A DNA stretch of 64,000 bases from Sphyrna mokarran (lineage: Eukaryota): the NCBI GenBank assembly GCA_024679065.1, contig JAGIQG010000009.1:91760001-91824000 (forward strand), read 5' to 3'. The notes below the pieces were generated by a model. That model saw only the letters and a program-made list of their open reading frames with translations. It had not been told where the DNA came from and searched no databases. The translations under genes were made by a program, and so were the position numbers. Of this stretch, positions 24,701 through 36,700 are shown one piece after another (the stretch's first letter is position 1; each line of letters opens with the position of its first letter).

Positions 24701-27700
24701 TCTCCTTTTCGTTCCCTCTCCCCTTCTTGTCCCTCTCCCCTTCTCGCTCCCTCTCTCCTTCTCATTCCCTCTCCCCTTCTCGCTGTCTCTCTCCTTCTTG
24801 TTCCCTCTCCCCTTCTCGCTCCCTCTCCCCTTCTCGTTCCCTCTCCCCTTCTTGTCCCTCTCCCCTTCTCGCTCCCTCTCTCCTTCTCGCTGCCTCTCTC
24901 CTTCTTGTTCTCTCTCCCCTTCTCATTCCCTCTCCCCTTCTTGCTCCTCTCCCCCTTCTTTTTCCCTCTCCCCTTCTCATTCCCTCTCCCCTTCTCGCTC
25001 CCTCTCCCCTTCTCATTCCCTCTCCCCTTCTCATTCCCTCTCCCCATCTCGTTCCCTCTCCCCTTCTCATTCCCTCTCCCCATCTCGTTCCCTCTCCCCT
25101 TCTCATTCCCTCTCCCCTTCTCGTTCCCTCTCCCCTTCTCGTTCCCTCTCCCCTTCTCGCTCCCTCTCTCCTCCTCGTTCCCTCTCCCCTTCTCGCTCCC
25201 TCTCCCCTTCCCGTTCCCTCTCCCCTTCTCGCTCCCTCTCTCCTCCTCGTTCCCTCTCCCCTTCTCGCTCCCTCTCTCCTTCTCGTTCCCTCTCTCCTTC
25301 TCGTTCCCTCTCTCCTTCTCATTCCCTCTCCCCTTCTCGCTCCCTCTCCCCTTCTCGCTCCCTCTCCCCTTCTCATTCCCTCTCCCCATCTCGTTCCCTC
25401 TCCCCTTCTCATTCCCTCTCTCCTTTTCGCTCCCTCTCCCCTTCTCATTCCCTCTCCGCTTCTCGTTCCCTCTCCCCTTCTCGCTCCCTCTCTCCTTCTC
25501 GCTCCCTCTCTCCTTCTCGTTCCCTCTCTCCTTCTCATTCCCTCTCCCCTTCTCGCTCCCTCTCTCCTTCTCGCTCCCTCTCTCCTTCTCGTTCCCTCTC
25601 CCCTTCTCGTTCCCTCTCCCCTTCTCGTTCCCTCTCCCCTTCTCGTTCCCTCTCCCCTTCTCGTTCTCTCTCCCCTTCTCGCTCCCTCTCCCCTTCTCGC
25701 TCCCTCTCCCCTCCTCGTTCCCTCTCCCCTTCTCGTTCCCTCTCCCCTTCTCGTTCCCTCTCCCCTTCTCACTCCCTCTCCCCTTCTCGCTCCCTCTCCC
25801 CTTCTCACTCCCTCTCCCCTTCTCATTCCCTCTCCCCTTCTCGTTCCATCTCCCCTTCTCGCTCCCTCTCTCCTTTCCTCCTCTCTCCTTCTCGTTCCCT
25901 CCTCCCTTCTCATTCCCTCTCCCCTTCTCGCTCCCTCTCCCCTTCTCGCTCCCTCTCCCCTCTCCCCTTTTCGCTCCCTCTCCCCCTCGAGCTCCTTTTC
26001 CCCCTATCGCTTCCTCTCCCCGTCTCATTCCCTCCCCCTCCTCACTCCCTCTCCCGATCTTGTACCCTCTCCCCTTCTCGTTCCCTCTCTCCTTCTCGCT
26101 CCCTCTCTCCTTCTCGTTCCCTCTCCCCTTCTCGTTCCCTCTCCCCTTCTCATTCCCTCTCCCCTTCTCGCTCCCTCTCCCCTTCTCGCTCCCTCTCCCC
26201 TCTCCCCTTTTCGCTCCCTCTCCCCCTCGAGCTCCTTTTCCCCCTATCGCTTCCTCTCCCCGTCTCATTCCCTCCCCCTCCTCACTCCCTCTCCCGATCT
26301 TGTTCCCTCTCCCCTTCTCATTCCCTCTCCCCTTCTCACTCCCTCTCCCCTTCTCGTTCCCTCTCCCCTTCTCGTTCCCTCTCCCCTTCTCCCTCCCTCT
26401 CCCCTTCTCGTTCCCTCTCTCCTTCTCCCTCCCTCTCCCCTTCTCGTTCCCTCTCCCCTTCTCGTTCCCTCTCCCCTTCTCGTTCTCTCTCTCCTTCTCG
26501 CTCCCTCTCTCCTTCTCGCTCCCTCTCTCCTCCTCGTTCCCTCTCTCCTTCTCGTTCCCTCTCCCCTTCTCGTTCCCTCTCCCCTTCTCACTCCCTCTCC
26601 CCTTCTCGCTCCCTCTCCCCTTCTCACTCCCTCTCCCCTTCTCATTCCCTCTCCCCTTCTCGTTCCCCTCTCCCCTTCTCGTTCCCTCTCCCCTTCTCAC
26701 TCCCTCTCCCCTTCTCGTTCCTCTCCCCTTCTCGCTCCCTCTCCCCTCCTCTTCCCTCTCCCCTTCTCGTCCCTCTCTCCCTTTCTGTTCCCTCTCCCCT
26801 CTCGTCCCTCTCCCCTTCTCGTCCCTCTCCCCTTCTCCTTCCCTCTCCCCTTCTCGTTCCCTCTCCCTTCTCACCCCCTCTCTCCTCTCCTCCCTCTCCC
26901 CTCTCGTTCCCTCTCCCCTTCTCACTCCCTCTCCCCTTCTCGCTCCCTCTCCCCTTCTCACTCCCTCTCTCCTTCTCGCTCCTCTCCCCTTCTCGTTCCC
27001 TCTCCCCTTCTCACTCCCTCTCCCCTTCTCGTTCCCCTCCCCTTCTCTCTCCCTCTCCCCTTCTCGTTCCTCTCCCTTCTCACTCCCTCTCCCCTTCTCG
27101 TTCCCTCTCCCTTCTCACTCCCTCTCCCCTTCTCGCTCCCTCTCCCCTTCTCACTCCCTCTCTCCTTCTCATCCCTCTCCCCTTCTCGCTCCCTCCCCCT
27201 TCTCATCCTCCCCTTCTCACTCCCTCTCCCCTTCTCGTTCCCTCTCCCCTTCTCGTTCCCTCTCCCCTTCTCCCTCCCTCTCCCCTTCTCGTTCCCTCTC
27301 TCCTTCTCCCTCCCTCTCCCCTTCTCGTTCCCTCTCCCCTTCTCGTTCCCTCTCCCCTCTTGCTCCTCTCCCCTTCTCATTCCCTCTCCCCTTCTCCCTC
27401 CCTCTCCCCTTCTCGTTCCCTCTCCCCTTCTCGTTCCCTCTCCCCTTCTCGTTCCGTCTCCCCTTCTCGTTCTCTCTCTCCTTCTCGCTCCCTCTCTCCT
27501 TCTCGCTCCCTCTCTCCTCCTCGTTCCCTCTCTCCTTCTCGTTCCCTCTCCCCTTCTCGTTCCCTCTCCCCTTCTCACTCCCTCTCCCCTTCTCGCTCCC
27601 TCTCCCCTTCTCACTCCCTCTCCCCTTCTCATTCCCTCTCCCCTTCTGTCCCTCTCCCCTTCTCGTTCCCTCTCCCCTCTCTCCTTCCCCTCTCTTCCCT

Positions 27701-30700
27701 CTCCCCTCTCACTCCCTCCCCTTCTCGCTCCCTCTCCCCTTCTCACTCCCTCTCCTTCTCCTCTCACCTTCTCGTTCTCTACTCCCCTTCTCACTCCCTC
27801 TCCCCTTCTCGCTCCCTCTCCCCTTCTCACTCCCTCTCCTTCTCACTCCCTCTCCCCTTCTCTTCCTCCCCTTCTCACTCCCTCTCCTTCTCCCTCCCCT
27901 TCTCCCTCCCTCTCCCTTCTCGTCCCCTCCCCTTCCTCCTCTCCCTTCTGTTCCCTCTCCCTCTCACTCCTCTCCCCTTCTCGCTCCCTCCCCTTCTCAC
28001 TCCCTCTCTCCTTCTCAATCCCTCTCCTCCGTTCCTCTCTCTCCTTCTCATCCTCCCCTTCTCATCCCTCTCTCCTTCTCGTTCCCTCTCCCCTTCTCGC
28101 TCCTCTCCCGTTCTCGTTCCCTCTCCCCTTCTCGCTCCCTCTCTCCTTCTCCTTCTCTCTCCCCTCCTCGTTCCCTCTCCCCTTCTAGCTCCTTTTCCCC
28201 CTATCGCTTCCTCTCCCCGTCTCATTCCCTCGCCCTCCTCACGCCCTCTCCCGATCTTGCTCCCTCTCCTCTTCTCGTTTCCTCTCACCTTCTTCCCTCT
28301 CCTCTTCTCGTTTCCTCTCACCTTCTTCCCTCTCACCTTTTCATTCCCTCTCTCCTTCTCGTTCCCTTTCCCCTTCTCATTCCCTCTCCCCTTTTCGCTC
28401 CCTCTCCCCTTCTCATTCCCTCTCTCCTTCTCGTTCCCTTTCCCCTTCTCATTCCCTCTCCCCTTTTCGTTCCCTCTCCCCTTCTCGTTCCCTCTCCCCT
28501 TTTCGCTCCCTCTCCCCTTCTCATTCCCTCTCTCCTTTTCGCTCCCTCTCCCCTTCTCCTTCCCTCTCCTTTTCGCTCCCTCTCCCCTTCTCATTCCCTC
28601 TCCCTCTCATTCCCTCTCCCCTCTCGTTCCCTCTCCCCTTCTCGTTCCCTCCCCCTTCTCGTTCCTCTCCCCTTTTAGCTCCCTCTCTCCTTCTCGTTCC
28701 CTCTCCCTTTTCTCTCCCTCTCCCCTTCTCATTCCCTCTCCCCTTCTCGTTCCCTCTCCCCTTCTCATTCCCTCTCTCCTTCTCGTTCCCTCTCCCTTCT
28801 CGCCCTTCCCTTTCTCTCCTCTCCCCTTCTCATTCCCTCTCTCCTCCTCGTTCCCTCTCCCCTTTTCTCTCCCTCTCCCCTTCTCATTCCCTCTCTCCTC
28901 CTCGTTCCCTCTCCCCTCCTCGTTCCCTCTCCCCTTTTCGCTCCCTCTCCCCTTCTCATTCCCTCTCTCCTTCTTGTTCCCTCTCTCCTTCTCATTCCCT
29001 CTCCCCTTCTCGTTCCCTCTTCCCTCCTCGTTCCGTCTCCCCTTTTCGCTCCCTCTCCCCTTCTCATTCCCTCTCTCCTTTTCGCTCCCTCTCCCCTTCT
29101 CATTCCCTCTCTCCTTCTCGCTCCCTCTCTCCTTCTCGTTCCCTCTCCCTTTTTCGCTCCCTCTCCCCTTCTCATTCCCTCTCTCCTTTTTGCTCCCTCT
29201 CCCCTTCTCATTCCCTCTCACCTTCTTGTTCCCTCTCTCCTTCTTGTTTCCTCTCCCCTTCTGGTTCCTTCTCCCCTTCTTGCTCCCTCTCCCCTTCTCG
29301 CTCCCTCTCCCCTTCTCGCTCCCTCTCCCCTTCTCGTTCCGTCTCTCCTTCTTGCTCCTCTCCCCTCCTCGTTCCCTCTCCCCTTCTTGCTCCTCTCCCC
29401 TTCTGGTTCCCTCTCCCATTTTTGTTCCCTCTCCCTTCTCGTTCCCTCTCCCCTTCTCGTTCCCTCTTCCCTTCTTGTCCCTCTCCCCTCTCGCTCCCTC
29501 TCCCCTTCTCGCTCCCTCTCCCCTCTCCCCTTTTCGCTCCCTCTCCCCCTCTAGCTCCTTTTCCCTATCGCTTCCTCTCCCCGTCTCATTCCCTCCCCCT
29601 CCTCACTCCCTCTCCCGATCTTGCTCCCTCTCCCCATCTTGCTCCTTCTCTCCCTCTCCCCTCCCTTGCTCCCTTTTCCCCATCTCACTCCCTCTCCCCA
29701 TCTCACTCCCCCTCCCCGTCTCAGTCCTCTCCCTCTCTTGCTCCCTCTCTCCTTCTCACTCTTCTCTATTTCTAGAGCTCCCTCTCACTCATTCACTCAC
29801 TCACACTCTCGTTTTCTACCCCCTCGCTCTCTCTCTCTCCCCTTCGCTTACTCTCTCTGTCTTTCTCACACTTGTTTGCTCACTCTCTTTCTCCTGCTCA
29901 CTTGCTCACTCTCCTCTTGCTTGANNNNNNNNNNNNNNNNNNNNNNNNNNNNNNNNNNNNNNNNNNNNNNNNNNNNNNNNNNNNNNNNNNNNNNNNNNNN
30001 NNNNNNNNNNNNNNNNNNNNNNNNNNNNNNNNNNNNNNNNNNNNNNNNNNNNNNNNNNNNNNNNNNNCACATAGACACACACTTGCTCTCAGAACACACG
30101 TACACTCTCTCACATACATGCATGCATGCGCACACCCATGCACACATGCATGTGCGCACATGCATGCACACGCTCGCACACACACATACACTCATACGCA
30201 CACACACTTACACTCATACAACTCTCGCACATATGCACACATACGCATTCTCTCTCATACACGCACACATACACACTCTCTCTCATGTACACACTCTCTC
30301 TCATGTACACACTCTCTCACATACGCACTCTCTATCACATACTCTCTCTTTCATGCACACACACTTTCTCTCTCACATATACTTTCACTCTCTCTCTCAC
30401 ACACACTCTCTGTTTCACACTGACACACTTTCTCTCTTTCACACACAAACTTTTTCTCTCTCACACACATTTTCTCTCTCACACACACTCTCTCACATAC
30501 ACACTCTCACTCTCTTTCTTCCACTCATTCGCTCACCCTCCCTCAGACACTCACACTCACATTCACACATACTCACTCATAGCTACACATTCTAGAGCCA
30601 GCCTGAAAGTGGATTATCCTGGACCAGGCAATATGCACTGAGATTGCATGAATCAATATTCAATGAGAAAAGCAGCCTCTGAGTGACAGTGATTATAACA

Positions 30701-33700
30701 TAGTAACATATCATGTCCAGTTTGAAATGGCTCATGTTTTAAATCAATAAAAAGTAATTATAAAAGTATGAAGGTTGGGTTGAGTGAGGAAAACTGGGAT
30801 GCTAGATTAAAGGTAGCACAGTAAAGTTACTGTTTCAGACTTTGAAGCTGCAATTGAATAACTCTCAGGAAAAGGTTAATCCCAGTGAGAAAGAAAGGCT
30901 TGTTGTGAAGGATATATCATTCACACTAAATAAGAAAGTTCAGAAAAATCAAAAGCAACATTGTGTGAATCTTCAAGGATTATTAGTTGATCAGAGGATT
31001 AGACAGATTTTTATGAACCAACAAAGAATGACAAAAAAAGTAATACAGAGATAGAAAGCAGAGATGAGAGAAAGAAGGCTAGGGATATAAAAACAGGCAG
31101 CAACAAGCTTCTACAAGTATTTAAATAGAAAAGGATTAGCTAAAACTGATGTTGGCTCCAGGAGAGTGGTCTGGGTAATTAATAACATAAAAGAAAAAAA
31201 TTGAACAAGATCTTTCACAGATGATGGCTTAGAAAACCTAGAATTGATAGAATCCCCGCTGTGCAGAAGGAAACCATTTGGTCCACTGAGCCTGCACTGA
31301 CAGCAATCCCACCCAGACCCGATCCCCATAACCCCGGGTATTTACCCTACTAATCCTCCTGGCACTAAGGGGTAATTTATCACAGACAATCCACCTAACC
31401 TGCACATCTTTGGACAATGAGAGGAAATCAAACCAGCCGGAGGAAACCCACGCAGACACGGAGAGAATGAACAAACTCCACACAGTCCCCCCGAAGCCGG
31501 AATTGAAACTAAGTCCCGTGCACTGTGAGACAGGAGTGCTAACCACCGTGCCACTCCAAAGATTCCAAAAGAGTCTCAAAAATTCTTCAATATCAAGAGA
31601 TGATGAAGAGGGATGAACTTGTTACAATCCCCATCATCAGGGAAAAAGTACTGGAAAGCCATTGAATCTCAGGGCTGACAAGGCCCCAGGAACTCCACTT
31701 ACTCACCCCCTCACCATAACTCTTCATTCCTTTCCTGTTCAAAAATTTATCTATCCTTGCCTTAAAAACATTCAATGAGCCAACCTGAACCACTTCACTG
31801 GGTAGGGAATTCCACCGGTTCACAACTCTTTATGTGAAGAAGTTCCTCCTTAACTCAGTTTTATATCTGCTTCCCCTTATTTTGAGGCCATGCCCGCAAG
31901 TTCTAATTTCACTGCCAGTGGAAACAACTTCCCTGCTTCTATCTTATCTATTGCCTTCATATTCTTATAAGTTTCTTTAAGATCTCCCTCATTCTTCTGA
32001 ATTCCAATAAGTATAGCCCTAGAGTACTTAGTCTCTCCCCGTGAGCCAATCCTCTCAACTCCTCTGCACTCCTGCCAGTGCCAGTATATCTTTTCTCAAG
32101 TAAGAAGACCAAAACTGTACACAGTACTGCATGTGTGGCTTCAGCAGCACCTTATACAGCTGCAACATAATCTCACTGTTTTTAAACTCCATCCCTCTGG
32201 CATCGAAGGAAAAATTCCATTTGCCTTCTTAATTATCTACTGTAGCTGTAAATCAACTCCTTCAGATTCCTGCACAAGGACACTCAGGTCCCTCTGCAGA
32301 ACAGCATGCTGCAATTTTTTATCATTTAAATAATAGTCCATTTTGCTCTTATTTCCCGCAAATGATCTCACATTTATCAGTCGCAGACACATTGGTTATC
32401 ATATTCCAAACTTCCTTAGATTCTGGAACAGTTCTAGCAAATTGAAAAATAACTAATTTAACACCTTTAATCAAGAAAGGAAGGTATAAGAAAGCAATAT
32501 GTTATAAGCCAGTTAGCTCAATGCCAGTTAACCTAACTAGCCATCAAGAAATTGCTAGAATCCATTATTAAGGAAGTTACAGAAAGATACTTAAAATACA
32601 GAGAGTAAGAGACAAATGGGTATTTTTTGGATTGGCGAGTATAACTATTGGAGTGCCTGCCATTGGATCAGTGCTGGGTCCTCAACAACTTTCAACAATA
32701 AAGGGACTATGTGTCTGCTGGTTATGGTTGCCACTGACACTGACAGAGGAACTGGGGAGCCTCAGAAGCGACATGGGACAGTTGAAGTGAGTGGACTAGA
32801 ATTTGGCATTTGGAGTATAATGTTGAAAATGGGAGCTTGTTCATTTTGGCATGAAGAATAGAGAGAAGTTGCAGAGGTCTACTGTACAAAAGGAGCTGGG
32901 TGTCCTGGTACATGAATTACACAAAATTAGCATGCAAGTGCAACAAGTGATGAGGTCGGCAAATCGAATGTTGATGTCAATTGGTAGAAGAATGGAACAT
33001 AAAAACAAGGAAGTTTAACTGCAGCTGTACATGACCCATCTGGTGTACGGTTTTAGCTTCCTTATTAAAAATATATGAAACTGCTTTAAAAGCAGTTCAG
33101 GAATGAGTCACTGGCTTCATTCCTCGAGAAAAAAAGCTTGTCTTACGAGGAAAGGTTGAGCAGATTGGGCTGATACAAAGAGTGAGAGGTGATCTCATTG
33201 AAAATTATAAGATCATGAGGGAGCCTGCTTGGGTGGATATCTGTTCCTTCTTGTGGAGTGGGGGGGGGAGTTATGTTTGCCCAGCAGAGTGAGAGACACA
33301 TGGAGATTTCAGCCTGTAATGTTGCGTTGACCTGTTGATCTTCGGCAGGAATCCAGTACATCCAGGGGCTCTGGAGCTGTACGCTACAAAACAACAAGAG
33401 CACCAACAGCTTGATAAGGATAAAAACTGGTTATGGAGAGATTCAATGTGAAATGGCCACAATGCATTGCAGGGGGACAGGCTTACTCAATTTGCTGACG
33501 CAAGACTTTGAAAAAATCCTCAACACTAATATCACTTTTGTCCGTTTACTACACACCAGCTGTGTTCAACATCTGCAGAAAACTCTTCAAGTTGGTAAAG
33601 CAGCCCTGGAAAGAAAAGGCAAGTGGAACACTACACTTAGTTTCACAATGAGGTCTGCATTAAGAGTGGATCTGGGTTCTGATTTTTAAGGAGGATCAAG

Positions 33701-36700
33701 GGACTGACTAAGAAGGAGAAAATAGACTATGAAAGTAAGCAAGCAGGGAACATATATACTGATTGTAAAAGTTTCTGTAGATATGTAAAGAGAAAAAGAT
33801 TGACAAGAATGCATATAGGCCTCTTAAAGTTAGAAACAGGGGAATTCACAATGGGAAACAAAGAAATGGCCGAGGAACTAAATGTTTACTTGGCTTCTGT
33901 CTTCACAAAGGAATCATGATGTAGAGATGCCGGCGTTGGACCGGGGTAAACTCAGTAAGAGGTCTGACAACACCAATTTTAAATCCAACCGATTTATTTG
34001 ATAGTAAACTTGCTAGCTTTCGGCCTTTGTGCCTTTGACAATCGAATGAGGTCAGGCTATTGCAGACCAGAACACCTCATTCACCTGACGAAGGCACAAA
34101 AGCTGAAAGCTAGCAAGTTTACTATCAAATAAATCGGTTGGATTTAAAATTGGTGTTGTCAGACCTCTTACTGAGTTCACAAAGGAAGACATGAATAAGA
34201 AGTTCTGAGAGAAACAAGTTTTAGCGAGGAGCTGAAGAAAATCAGCATTAATAGAGAAATAATTTTGGGGAAATTGATGGGATTGAAGTTAGATAAATCT
34301 CCAGGGCCTGATAATCTTCATCCTAGGGTACTTAAGGAAGTGGCCCTGGAAATAGTGATCCATTGGTGGTCATTTTCCAAAATTCCTTTGGCTCAGGACT
34401 GGTTCCTACCGATTAGAGGGTAGTTAGCGTAAGCCTGTTATTCAAAAAGCGAGATGGAGAGAAGACTGGGGAACTATAAACCAGTGAACCTAATGTCGGT
34501 ACTGGACAAGTTGCTGGAGTCCATTATAAAGGATTTCATAACTCAGTATTTGGAAAACAGTGGTATAATCAGACAAAATCAACATGGATTTACAGAAGAG
34601 AAATCCTATTGGAATTTTTTGAGGATGTAACTAGTGGAGTTGACCAAGGAGAACTGGCGGATGTGGTTTATATAGACTTTCATAAGGCTTTCGACAAGGA
34701 CTCACAGAGCTCACTACTAAGTAAAGTTAAAGTGCAAGGAATTACAGGTAGTGTCTTGAGATGGATGGACAGGAATGACAGCAGATAGGAAGAAAAGAGA
34801 TGGCGTAAATGGATTTTTTCTGACTGGCAGGCAGTGACTAGTTGTGTTCCGTTGGGATCTGTGCTATCACCCCAAGTGTTCACATTATATATTAATGGTT
34901 TGGAAGAGGAAACTGAATGTATTATCTCCAAATTTGCAGGTGATACAAAGTTGGGTGGGAGAGAGAACTGTGAGGAGGGTGAAGAGATACTTCAGTGTGA
35001 TTTGGACAGGCTGAGTGTGTGAGCATATGCATGGCAGATGCAATACAATGTGGATAAATGTGAGGTTATCCAATTTCATAGCAATAATTGAAAGACAGAT
35101 TATTACTTGAATGGGTATAAATTGAGAGAGGTGAATACTCTATGATACCTTGATGTCCTCGTGCATCAGTCACTGAAAGTAAGTGCGCACGTACAGCAAG
35201 CAGTAAAGAAGATATATGGTATGTTGGCCTTTGTAGTGAGAGGATTTGAATATAAAAATAGGGGTGTTTTACAGCAATTGTACAGGATGTTGTTGAGGTC
35301 ACACTTGTATTATGGGCAGTGGCAATCTTATTTGAGGAAGGATGTTGTTGCTATAGAAGAAGTACAGTTAAGATTTACCAGACTGATGACACGTCTGTTG
35401 TGTAAGAAGGGACTAAATCAGTTAGGGTTATATTCACTGGAATTTAGAAGGGTGAGAATGGATCTAGTAGAAGTTGAACAGCGTTTAGACAGGGTAGATT
35501 CAGAAAGAATGTTCCCAATGGTGGGGTAGTTTTGAACTAGGGACTCACAGTTTGGGAATAAGGAATAAACCTTTTAAAACTGAGATAAGGAGAAATTTCT
35601 TCAACCAGAGAATGGTGAATGTGTGGAATTCACTATCACAGAAAGTAGTTGACGCCAAAATGTCTAATTTCAAGAAGATATAGCTGTTGACGCTAACAGG
35701 ATCCATGGATATGGGAAGAAGGGGGGGATCAGGGTATTGATCAAAATGAATGACAGAGCAGGCTCGAAGGACTGAACGGCCTACTCCTATTTCTAGTTTC
35801 TATGTTTCTATATTTCTATGATTATGAATGTAACATGTGGCTTGAAGATTGAATTTAAGTTTTCTGAAACAGTGCTTCTGATTCTTTGTTCTTCCTCAGT
35901 TGCCCCTGAGGTGCTGGTTTTCAATACGAACTTCACCCAGTCTCTCCTGTGCCTCGTCACTCCTTTCTATCCACGAGGTGTCAATGTCACCTGGCTGCGG
36001 GATGGAGAGCCCGTGGTGGATGACCTTACGGTGACAGTTCTACCAAACCATGATTCCACATACAGAATGGAGATTCTCATTGAACTTGATGGCAACAACC
36101 CAAGGAGCTACACATGTCAGGTTCAACACAGCAGCCTGCCCACGACACTGACAGTGACAGCAGGTAAGTTATCCAGAAAGATAGAGCACCAAGGATGGCC
36201 ATTCGGGCCATCATGCCCATTCCAGCTCTCTGAAAGACTGGGTCAAGCAGGCAGGCGCCATCCAGGTTCACTCTCTACTGCCTTGCAAAGCGATCTCTTA
36301 GAAAGATATCTAATTCCTTTTTGAAAGTCATTCCTGCTCCCTCTGCCCATTTACAGCCTCTCACGGCAACTTGCTGGATGATAAAATGTCCTCACCTCTC
36401 CTTTTCCTGCTTACATTAAATCTATTTTTCACACTTCCCGACTCTCGACCTGACAATGGGAATTGCGATGGAGTAACTGAAGGTAGAGTTGAGGGGGGGG
36501 GGGGGGGTGGTGGTGGCAGGAGAGAGTTTGGTGGAACAAATGAAAGACTGAGGAGAGGCCAAATCATAAGTGCTTACCAACATTTGGGCTGGAGAGTAAC
36601 TGAGTGTCAACTACAAACAAATGTCAATCATGGTGAGGGCAGGGGTCAAAATATGCACTTGCCCATCTGGGTTTTATAGACACCCAAGCAATGCATTGCA

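Larger units (their letters stand above)
33690..35815 (+). mobile_element. CR1 LINE ORF2 remnant with (TTTCTATG)n tail
   Basis: [59 protein letters not shown]; microsatellite 3' tail at ~35790-35820. Confidence 0.9.

Noticed and set aside
16752-29924. Giant ORFs (4390, 3720, 2557 aa) and many Arg/Glu/Gly-rich minus-strand ORFs
   Set aside because: Artefacts of an 18-bp unit lacking stop codons; open in several frames, low complexity, spanning an N gap and lying in an intron.
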